A stretch of DNA of 64,000 bases. It comes from an uncultured Pelagibacteraceae bacterium (lineage in GTDB: Bacteria > Pseudomonadota > Alphaproteobacteria > Pelagibacterales > Pelagibacteraceae). The position numbers were made by a program, and so were the translations under genes. Positions 53,987 through 61,696 of this stretch are shown in pieces. Numbering within the stretch: the stretch's first letter is position 1; every line of letters starts with the position of its first letter. Below the pieces are notes generated by a model that saw nothing but the letters and a program-made list of their open reading frames with translations, made no database searches and was not told where the DNA came from. The stretch spans positions 32,539 through 96,538 of the forward strand of contig CACKMG010000001.1 in assembly GCA_902601235.1 (NCBI GenBank). The letters are read 5' to 3'.

Positions 53987-55099
53987 ATGGCATTGAAAAA
54001 TTTTGCCTTTAAACTTTTAAAAAAAGACAAATTTGCAAGACGAGGTCGTATCGAAACTAGCAGAGGAAATGTTGAAACTCCTGCTTTTATGCCAGTTGGA
54101 ACCCAAGCTACAGTAAAAGCTTGCAGAATAGAGGATATAAAAAAAACTGGTTCACAAATAATTTTATCTAATACCTATCATTTGATGATCCGTCCTGGTG
54201 TAGAGAGAATTAAAAATGCTGGTGGGTTACATAATTTTATGAATTGTGATTTACCTATTTTGACTGACTCGGGTGGATTTCAAGTAATGTCACTTTCTAA
54301 ATTAAGAAAAGTAGATAGAGAAAAAGGTGCAATATTTAACTCACATATTGATGGTAAAAAATTTTTTTTAAGTCCAGAGGAAAGTATGAAAATTCAACTT
54401 GGACTTAATTCAGATATAGTCATGATAATGGATGAATGTCCAAAAAAATCTAATAATTTTGACTTAATAAAAGACTCTATGGAATTATCATTATATTGGG
54501 CTCAACGATCTAAAATAGCTTTTGGAAAAAATCCTCACAAAGCTTTATTTGGAATTATTCAAGGTGGATTATTTAGAGACTTAAGATTAAAATCACTAGA
54601 TGAATTAGTTAAGATTGGATTTGATGGATATGCTGTTGGTGGCTTAGCAGTAGGTGAAAAACAATCTGAAATGTTTGAAGTTTTGGAAGATATAAAAGAA
54701 GCATTACCAACAGATAAGCCACATTATTTAATGGGGGTTGGAACTCCAACTGATATTTTAGGTGCAGTTAAAAGAGGTATAGATATGTTTGATTGTGTCT
54801 TGCCTACTAGGTCAGGTCGAACAGGACTAGCTTTTACTTGGGATGGAAAAGTTAATATCAGAAATAGTAAATATCAAAATGATAATAGCCCTTTAGATAA
54901 AAATTGTACTAATTTAGATCTAAATAAATATTCTAAAAATTATTTAAATCACTTATTTAATACAAATGAAATTTTAGGATCAATGTTACTTACTCTTCAT
55001 AATATAAATTTTTATCAAGAATTAATGTTAGCCATAAGAACCAATATTGAGAACGACACTTTTGATGATTTTCACGACAAATACATAGATAAACTGTAA
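53987..55099 (+). CDS. tgt: tRNA-guanine(34) transglycosylase
   Basis: FMPVGT, NTYHL, TDSGGFQV, GGLAVGE, DMFDCVLPTR. Confidence 0.97.
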   Translation: MALKNFAFKLLKKDKFARRGRIETSRGNVETPAFMPVGTQATVKACRIEDIKKTGSQIILSNTYHLMIRPGVERIKNAGGLHNFMNCDLPILTDSGGFQVMSLSKLRKVDREKGAIFNSHIDGKKFFLSPEESMKIQLGLNSDIVMIMDECPKKSNNFDLIKDSMELSLYWAQRSKIAFGKNPHKALFGIIQGGLFRDLRLKSLDELVKIGFDGYAVGGLAVGEKQSEMFEVLEDIKEALPTDKPHYLMGVGTPTDILGAVKRGIDMFDCVLPTRSGRTGLAFTWDGKVNIRNSKYQNDNSPLDKNCTNLDLNKYSKNYLNHLFNTNEILGSMLLTLHNINFYQELMLAIRTNIENDTFDDFHDKYIDKL

Positions 55100-55180
55100 A
55101 TAATAAACTATTTGTCTCACCAATTCTTATTTGAATAATCCCAATAAATCTGTATATACAATCAAATTCATTATTGAATC

Positions 55181-55256
<76 letters not shown>

Positions 55257-55263
55257 TTATAAT

Positions 55264-56091
55264 CTAGGAGATTTTAATTGGTGGATATTTCATTATTATT
55301 TCATTAGTCCATTCATTAATTTTTCTAATTCTATTATCTGCAGAAGGGTGGGTGCTCATAAATTCAGGAGGAGCTTTTCCTTTATTTAGTTTTTTCATTC
55401 TATCCCATATTTTTGGTGTTTCTCTAATATCATAACCTGATAATGAGGAAAAAATCATTCCTAAGTAATCAGCTTCACTTTCTTGTTTGCGGTTGAAGGG
55501 ATTCATGATTCCAAGTTGTGATAATAACCCAACAGTATTCATACCAGTAGTTCTGTTTATTTGTGATAATTTTCCACCACTCAAAATATCCACTATTTGA
55601 GTTCCAGATTGAAGTAAAACACTTCTACTTGCACGTTCAACAGAATGTTTAGCAACTGCGTGTGCAATTTCATGACCCATTACAGCTGATAATCCATTTA
55701 TATTTTTAGTAACATCCAATATTCCAGTATAAATAGCAATTTTACCACCAGGCATACACCACGCATTTTTAACTTTTTTATTTTCAATGAGAATATATTC
55801 CCAATCAAAAAATGCTGTAGGGTCATTTAAGTTTTCTCTATAAAAATATTCACTAATTGAGTCTTCCATCCTTTTTCCAATTTCTTTTATCTCGTTCAAA
55901 GTTTTGAGATCTTTACTCATTTTCTCTTTAGATTTAATTTTTTCGTATATTTGTGCAGCTTGAGCGTTTAATTTTTGCTCAGATACGATTTTTAATTGTT
56001 TTCTTTCTGTTATAGGTGCTGTAGAACAAGAATTAAGAATGAAACCACAACATCCACAACCAATATAGGATAAGAATTTTCTTCTATTCAT
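55264..56091 (-). CDS. M48-family metallopeptidase, probable Tat-exported lipoprotein
   Basis: NAWCMPGGK, HEIAH (HExxH), E.EAD, STHP; NRRKFL and LNSC lipobox-like sequence. Confidence 0.92.
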   Translation of the reverse strand: MNRRKFLSYIGCGCCGFILNSCSTAPITERKQLKIVSEQKLNAQAAQIYEKIKSKEKMSKDLKTLNEIKEIGKRMEDSISEYFYRENLNDPTAFFDWEYILIENKKVKNAWCMPGGKIAIYTGILDVTKNINGLSAVMGHEIAHAVAKHSVERASRSVLLQSGTQIVDILSGGKLSQINRTTGMNTVGLLSQLGIMNPFNRKQESEADYLGMIFSSLSGYDIRETPKIWDRMKKLNKGKAPPEFMSTHPSADNRIRKINEWTNEIIMKYPPIKIS

Positions 56092-56201
56092 TTTCTTTAA
56101 GATTGATAATATAATTTAACATGAATCTAAATAACAAAATACTATTAATACTTTTTATAATATCAATAGTTTTTGTTGTTTACTCTACTTATAAATGAAA
56201 A

Positions 56202-56822
56202 ATGGCAAAAATTAAAAAAAAAAAATCGATTACACTTATTTTAAGAAATTATTTCATTACAGGTGTAGTTGTTTTAATACCAATAGGATTTACACTTTAT
56301 TTAAGTAAAATTTTAATTGGTTTATCCTCAAAATTAATTCCCGAAAACATAAATCCAAATAGTTATCTTCCTTATTCTATTCCAGGTATAGAAATAATTA
56401 TATCAGTTATTTTTATCACTGTAGTAGGTGGTCTATCATTATCTTTTCTTGGTAAAAGAATTTTAAAATTAATTGACGATCTATTTAAAAGAATTCCTGT
56501 TTTAAGAACAATCTATTCTGCAATTTTACAAATGACAGAAACTTTTTCGAATAAAGAAAGTAATGATAAAAAAAGTGTTGTTCTTATAGAGTATCCTAGG
56601 AAAGGAGTTTGGGCTGTAGGTTTTGCAACAAAAGAAAATAAAGGAGAAATGGCTAAAAAAACAAATCAGAGATTAATAAATGTATTTATTCCAACAACTC
56701 CTAATCCAACTAGTGGTTTTTTAATAATGTTTCCTATTGAAGATGTAATTTATTTAGACATGTCTTTTGAAGAAGCATCTAAATTTATTGTATCAGCAGG
56801 AACCTCGTCAGGAAAAAATTAA
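56202..56822 (+). CDS. DUF502 family membrane protein
   Basis: YFITG, RIPVLRTIY, VVLIEYPRKG, FIPTTPNPTSGF. Confidence 0.9.
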   Translation: MAKIKKKKSITLILRNYFITGVVVLIPIGFTLYLSKILIGLSSKLIPENINPNSYLPYSIPGIEIIISVIFITVVGGLSLSFLGKRILKLIDDLFKRIPVLRTIYSAILQMTETFSNKESNDKKSVVLIEYPRKGVWAVGFATKENKGEMAKKTNQRLINVFIPTTPNPTSGFLIMFPIEDVIYLDMSFEEASKFIVSAGTSSGKN

Positions 56823-58870
56823 ACTATATCATTTATGATATCGGCCTGATCATATAATTTAATTAACGTTTTAAATTTACTGATATCCTCATTATTATTT
56901 TCAATTCTTTTAATTTCCTTTTCAGCAAGAATAAATAAATTTTCATTTAAAATTGGATCAGCAAGTCTAAAGGTTTTCAAACCACTTTGTTTAAATCCAA
57001 GTATATCACCATATCCTCTTATTTTCATGTCCTCCTCGGATATCTTAAATCCATCATTTGTTTTTTTTAAAATATTTAATCTTTTTTTTGCATTTTCTGT
57101 TAAGGATGATTTAAACATAAGTATGCAAGTTGATTGTTTATTACCTCTTCCAACTCTTCCTCTTAATTGATGCAATTGTGATAATCCAAATTTATTTGAA
57201 TTTTCTATAATGATTATATTTGCATTAGGAAAATCTATACCTACTTCAATAATAGTTGTTGAAACTAAAATATCATACTTTTTATTCAAAAAATTATTTA
57301 GAATTAATTCTTTTTCAACTTGTTCAGTTTTTCCATGAAGAAGACCGACTTTATTTGGAAAAATTTTATTCAAAAATTTAAACTTTTTTAAAACAGAAGA
57401 ATGATCAATTTTTTTTGACTCATCAATTAGTGGGCAGACCCAAAATACTTGATTGCCAGTTTTTATTTCTTTTTGAATAAATTTTATTATATCATCTACT
57501 TTAGATTCTAGCTTTGTATAAGTTCTAACTTCTTTACGTGATTTTGGTTTTTCTTTTATTATTGATAAATCCATATCACCATAAATAGTCATGGTTAATG
57601 TTCTTGGAATAGGAGTTGCTGACATCAATAAAACATCACAATTACTTCCACCTTTATCAGATAACTTTTTTCTTTGATTAACTCCAAATTTATGTTGCTC
57701 ATCAATTATAATTAAACCTAAATTTTTGAATTCAACCTTTTTTTGAAAAATTGAATGTGTTCCAAAAATTAAATTAATTTTGTTATTATTAAGTTCATTC
57801 AAAATTCTTTTTCTATCTTTAAATTCTGATTTACTTGATAAGAGATCAACTTTAACAGATAGTTTAAATAATTTTTTTGATAATAAATAATGCTGTCTTG
57901 CTAATATTTCAGTTGGTGCCATTACCGCAACTTGAAAACCAGAATTTACTACATTAAGTGCTGCGATCAAAGCAACAATAGTTTTTCCACTACCAACATC
58001 TCCCTGAAGGAGTCTAAACATTTTTTGATTTGAAATAAGATCTTCATTGATTTCACTCAAAGCTCTTACTTGATCTTTAGTTAATTTAAAATCTAATTTA
58101 TCTATAAATCTATTTTGTTTATCTAAATCTAAATCTTTTTTATTTTTTTTGATTTTTTTAATTTTTTTTCTAATTTCAGAATGAACAAGAAAAGATGAAA
58201 AAATTTCATCAAAAGCTAATCTATTATAAAATGGAGATTTGTATTTTCCTATATTTTCTGGTTTATGTAGTTTATTAATAGAATCGTACCAAGATATATT
58301 ATCGAATTTTTTTAATATATCTTTATTGTGCCACTCTTCTAATTTAGGAAGATTCTTAATTATTTGTTTAATTATATTATTATATAATTTTTCAGTTATT
58401 CCCTCAGTTAATGAATATTGATTATGTTTTATTTTAATTATAGTTGAATCTTCTGAAACATATTTTGGGTTAGTAATTTGATACTTGTTTCTAAAAAAAC
58501 CTATTTTTCCACTCACTACAACTCTTTTTCCAATAGGTAGAATTTTCTTAATATAACCCTCATAACTATTAAAAAAGATACATTCTAAATCACCTGTTTC
58601 ATCTCTGCAAGAAACTCTATTAGGAAGATTTCTAATTCTTGGAAAATTATACTTGTAAGGAATAATTGTTACTGTTTGTATTTCACCAATTTTTAAATCT
58701 TTTATATTTGAAGATATACTTCTATCTGTATAAGATTTTGGTAATTTCCATAATAAATCAAAGATAGTATTAACTTTTTTCTTTTTAAGAAGATTAGAAA
58801 TTTTATTTCCAACACCCTTTAATTTTGTTAAATCTGATAACAAATAATTATGACCTTTTTTATTACTCAT
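56819..58870 (-). CDS. recG: ATP-dependent DNA helicase RecG
   Basis: RLLQGDVGSGKT, DEQHKFG, SATPIPRT, QLRGRVGRG, TRG-like motif. Confidence 0.97.
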   Translation of the reverse strand: MSNKKGHNYLLSDLTKLKGVGNKISNLLKKKKVNTIFDLLWKLPKSYTDRSISSNIKDLKIGEIQTVTIIPYKYNFPRIRNLPNRVSCRDETGDLECIFFNSYEGYIKKILPIGKRVVVSGKIGFFRNKYQITNPKYVSEDSTIIKIKHNQYSLTEGITEKLYNNIIKQIIKNLPKLEEWHNKDILKKFDNISWYDSINKLHKPENIGKYKSPFYNRLAFDEIFSSFLVHSEIRKKIKKIKKNKKDLDLDKQNRFIDKLDFKLTKDQVRALSEINEDLISNQKMFRLLQGDVGSGKTIVALIAALNVVNSGFQVAVMAPTEILARQHYLLSKKLFKLSVKVDLLSSKSEFKDRKRILNELNNNKINLIFGTHSIFQKKVEFKNLGLIIIDEQHKFGVNQRKKLSDKGGSNCDVLLMSATPIPRTLTMTIYGDMDLSIIKEKPKSRKEVRTYTKLESKVDDIIKFIQKEIKTGNQVFWVCPLIDESKKIDHSSVLKKFKFLNKIFPNKVGLLHGKTEQVEKELILNNFLNKKYDILVSTTIIEVGIDFPNANIIIIENSNKFGLSQLHQLRGRVGRGNKQSTCILMFKSSLTENAKKRLNILKKTNDGFKISEEDMKIRGYGDILGFKQSGLKTFRLADPILNENLFILAEKEIKRIENNNEDISKFKTLIKLYDQADIINDIV

Positions 58871-58878
58871 AAATTTCT

Positions 58879-58886
58879 ATTATAAT
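58879..58886. promoter_or_regulatory. palindromic bidirectional -10 element between recG and sdhE
   Basis: ATTATAAT reads TATAAT on both strands, 6 and 8 nt from the two ATGs in a 22-bp intergenic gap. Confidence 0.6.
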
Positions 58887-58892
58887 CTAATA

Positions 58893-59159
58893 ATGAATAT
58901 CGATATAGATAATTTAAAAAAAAGAATTTTATATAGATCTCAATATAGAGGAACACGTGAGATGGACAAACTTCTATATTCTTTCGTATCAAAAAATATC
59001 AATAAAATGGATAAAGAAAAACTTTTCAGTTTAGAAAAATTTTTAGATATAGATGATGAAAAGTTATATAAATTTTACAATAATACCGACGAAAATCTTA
59101 AATTTGAGGACAAATATATTCTTAATTTGTTTAAAAAATTTAAACTAGATGCAGATTAA
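58893..59159 (+). CDS. sdhE: succinate dehydrogenase assembly factor 2 (SdhE/Sdh5)
   Basis: KRILYRSQYRGTREMD (RGxxE) motif; divergent from recG as in alphaproteobacteria. Confidence 0.9.
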   Translation: MNIDIDNLKKRILYRSQYRGTREMDKLLYSFVSKNINKMDKEKLFSLEKFLDIDDEKLYKFYNNTDENLKFEDKYILNLFKKFKLDAD

Positions 59160-59249
59160 TGGCGGAGAGACTGGGATTCGAACCCAGGAAAGAGTTGCCC
59201 CTTTGCCGGTTTTCAAGACCGGTGCTTTCAACCGCTCAGCCATCTCTCC
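59160..59249 (-). tRNA. tRNA-Ser(TGA)
   Basis: Reverse complement GGAGAGATGGCTGAGCGG...CCGGT-CTTGAAA-ACCGG, long variable arm, GGTTCGAATCC, CTCTCCGCCA. Confidence 0.97.
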
Positions 59250-59324
59250 GTTAGCAAGGTTTTATAAGTATAATATTAAATTTCAATAAAAAAACATTGG
59301 TGATTATTTAAAAAATTTACTCTT

Positions 59325-59345
59325 TCGTACTAGTCTCGCTCTAGT
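59325..59345 (+). repeat. paired 10-bp repeats, copy 1 (putative integrase arm-type sites)
   Basis: TCGTACTAGT-C-TCGCTCTAGT; recurs at 60187 and 60439. Confidence 0.7.
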
Positions 59346-59431
59346 TATCCTATAAAATCCAATAAACAAATTATTTAATTTAAACAAAGATGTAAATTGG
59401 TACACTGGTAATCTACTGATAAAATAGTTTT

Positions 59432-59935
59432 ATGAAAAAAAATCATTTAATCTTAATGTTTTTAGTTGGCGCTGTAATATATTTTTTTTTTCAAGACTAT
59501 AATAAAAACCCTACTATTTTAATGTGTAAAACAACACCTGCGCATGACAATTATATTAAAGCTAAAGGTTTGGACAAAAACATACCTGAGGATTTTATTT
59601 TAGTCATAGATAGGCCATGGGATATATTTATCTATCCAAAAGTTAGTTGGAAGGGTGAAAAAAAATATTCACAGGATTATAAAGTATTTAAAGAAAATTT
59701 ATCAAAAGCAAAAATATTATTTCATTTATCAACAGAACCTAAAACAAATGATAGTTATCCAATTACACCTGGATCTGAAAAAGAATTTCCATACAAAGTT
59801 TTATTTTTAAATGCATCGACATTAAATATAATGCATGTAGATCGTGAAAAATTGTCTGGTCGAAAATTTTCATTAATAGCTAATTGTAGGACCTGGTCTA
59901 TGTCAATGGGAAGAGGTGGAAAAAGTCAAATTTAA
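59432..59935 (+). CDS. hypothetical membrane-anchored/exported protein (cassette cargo)
   Basis: 167-aa ORF with N-terminal hydrophobic segment; no recognised family. Confidence 0.75.
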   Translation: MKKNHLILMFLVGAVIYFFFQDYNKNPTILMCKTTPAHDNYIKAKGLDKNIPEDFILVIDRPWDIFIYPKVSWKGEKKYSQDYKVFKENLSKAKILFHLSTEPKTNDSYPITPGSEKEFPYKVLFLNASTLNIMHVDREKLSGRKFSLIANCRTWSMSMGRGGKSQI

Positions 59936-60012
59936 TGATATAATATACTTAGTCCTAATTTAGAAAAATACTCTACTTGCTGGGACTTTAAATACAACGC
60001 TAAAGGAGGCAA

Positions 60013-60183
60013 ATGAAACTAATAATACAATCAATCAAAAACTATTTTAAATCTAAAAAGGATAGGGGATTAGAACCCGTGTTCTTTGAAAAAATAGGAG
60101 ACAAAAAAACATCAAGAGATGAGATGCTAAAAAATTTGATTAAAGCACTAGAAAAAAATGGTTGGACTATAAAAGATAAATAA
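60013..60183 (+). CDS. 56-aa hypothetical protein (not in ORF track)
   Basis: AAAGGAGG RBS at 60002-60009; MKLIIQSIKNYFKSKKDRGLEPVFFEKIGDKKTSRDEMLKNLIKALEKNGWTIKDK*. Confidence 0.7.
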   Translation: MKLIIQSIKNYFKSKKDRGLEPVFFEKIGDKKTSRDEMLKNLIKALEKNGWTIKDK

Positions 60184-60186
60184 TCT

Positions 60187-60207
60187 GCGTACTAGTTTCG
60201 CTCTAGT
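60187..60207 (+). repeat. paired 10-bp repeats, copy 2 (putative arm-type sites)
   Basis: GCGTACTAGT-T-TCGCTCTAGT, 19/21 identical to 59325-59345. Confidence 0.7.
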
Positions 60208-60324
60208 TTTGTAGCTTAGGCAGGTCATAAAAGATGCGTTTTTGGTAAAAGCAAAATTTTAAAAACTAAGTAATGGCTTGTTAAGTATGTTAATCGTCTT
60301 AAGGTGGGTAGGGGATTCTTGGTA

Positions 60325-60400
60325 TTTCAAGACCGGTGCTTTCAACCGCTCAGCCATCTCTCCGTAAGCAAGGTTTTATAAGTATAAAATTAAAATTCAA
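60325..60400 (-). repeat. direct repeat of the tRNA-Ser 5' half plus upstream region (att junction)
   Basis: 60325-60365 identical to 59211-59251 (41 bp); 73/76 identical to 59211-59286. Confidence 0.93.
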
Positions 60401-60438
60401 CATAAAAACAGAGCAATTTTTTTTGAAAATTTTATCTT

Positions 60439-60459
60439 TCGTTATAGTTTCGTTAGAGT
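60439..60459 (+). repeat. paired 10-bp repeats, copy 3 (diverged)
   Basis: TCGTTATAGT-T-TCGTTAGAGT at exactly the same 1,114-bp offset as the tRNA repeat. Confidence 0.6.
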
Positions 60460-60511
60460 AATCCAACAAAATCCTATATTCTGTTAAAATAAAAATTTTA
60501 ATTTTAGAATA

Positions 60512-61696
60512 ATGAGTGCCTGGAAAGAAGATATCATCTTAGCTTTAAAAAATCTAAATGGGTGTGCTCATTTATCTGATATTTATAAAGAAATTAAAAA
60601 GATTCGAAAAGAAAATTTAAATCCAACTTTTGATAGAACTATTCAAAGAGAGTTAGAAACTAATTCATCAGACTCAGAAGCTTTTAATAAGAAAGAAGAT
60701 ATTTTTTATATGGTTGAGGGAAAAGGGAAAGGTGTTTGGGGATTAAGAGATTATAGAAATAGATTTTATTGGGTTTCACAAAATAGAACTTTTAAAGTTG
60801 AAAGAAGAGATGGTTACTTATGGGCTCCTTACGTAAATAAAAATAAAAAAGAGTTGTTTCATTGGAGTTCTCTTAAAAATTTGAGAAAAGGTGATGTCGT
60901 ATTTTCTCATTTTCGAGGAACAATACCATGTATATCTGTAATTCAAAAAGTTGCAGACGAAAATTTTGAAAGGCCAAAAGAATTTTCTAAATCACTTCCA
61001 TGGATGAACAAAGGAAGAAAAGTTGACACAAAGTATATTGATATTGAACCTTTAAAAATTACGAAGCAACTCATTTCTCAGATTGGTAAGTATAAAACTG
61101 ATAAAAATTGGATTTATAATAGAAATTTTAAACATAATGAAATTTATTTGTTACCAATCCCCCTTCAAGTAGCAAAAATTTTACTAGATATAATTAAAAA
61201 AAATCAGAAAATATCTATCGAGGATATTCAAAATTTTGATGAAAATAAAGAGATAGCTCTTAGTGAAATTAAGAATAAAAAAAGAAAGTCTTACGGACAA
61301 GGTTTTGGATTAAGTTTTGCTGAAAGAAAATCAATTGAAAATTACGCAATGTCTCTTGTAAAAAAGAAAATGGAAAAAAATAATTGGAGTGTCAAAGATG
61401 TTAGTAGCTACAGAGATAAAGGTTATGATCTGTATATGGAAAAGAACAATGAAAAAATTCTAGCTGAGGTAAAGGGTACTACAGGAAGTGATATAAGGGT
61501 AATCCTAACAAAAAATGAGGTAATTGCGGCAAAAGCAAATTATCCTAATGGAGCATTGTTTATAGTTTCGGGTATTTATCTAGATAGATCTTCGACTCCA
61601 CCTAAAGCATCATTAGGAAAGATAAGAGAAATATATAATTGGAAAATTAATAGCGAGAAATTAACTGCTATTAATTATTATTATGATTTAAATTAA
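60512..61696 (+). CDS. putative modification-dependent restriction endonuclease: wHTH + EVE/PUA-like + DUF3883-type PD-(D/E)xK nuclease
   Basis: N-term WKEDI..AL..L.G.A.L.DIY...IQRELE..SSDS..F...GKGVWGLR; middle YWVSQNRTF..E..GYLWAP...LRKGDVVF; C-term GQG...ERK.IE.YAM...V.DVS...GYD...EVKGTT. Confidence 0.75.
   Translation: MSAWKEDIILALKNLNGCAHLSDIYKEIKKIRKENLNPTFDRTIQRELETNSSDSEAFNKKEDIFYMVEGKGKGVWGLRDYRNRFYWVSQNRTFKVERRDGYLWAPYVNKNKKELFHWSSLKNLRKGDVVFSHFRGTIPCISVIQKVADENFERPKEFSKSLPWMNKGRKVDTKYIDIEPLKITKQLISQIGKYKTDKNWIYNRNFKHNEIYLLPIPLQVAKILLDIIKKNQKISIEDIQNFDENKEIALSEIKNKKRKSYGQGFGLSFAERKSIENYAMSLVKKKMEKNNWSVKDVSSYRDKGYDLYMEKNNEKILAEVKGTTGSDIRVILTKNEVIAAKANYPNGALFIVSGIYLDRSSTPPKASLGKIREIYNWKINSEKLTAINYYYDLN

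Larger units (their letters stand above)
59211..60324. mobile_element. 1,114-bp integrase-less cassette integrated at tRNA-Ser (unit 1)
   Basis: Bounded by direct repeats that start at the anticodon loop (59211 and 60325); two ORFs, no recombinase. Confidence 0.7.

Noticed and set aside
60065-60078. GGGGATTAGAACCC resembles a minus-strand tRNA T-arm
   Set aside because: Mismatch in the TTCGA loop, no acceptor stem or CCA, and it lies within the 56-aa ORF; probably chance
60130-60180. LIKALEKNGW resembles the start of HicA toxins
   Set aside because: It is at the C-terminus of the peptide; the GSH motif and a hicB partner are absent
60325-60363. Second functional tRNA-Ser gene
   Set aside because: Only the 5' 39 nt up to the anticodon loop are present; variable arm, T-arm and 3' acceptor strand are missing, so it is treated as an att repeat
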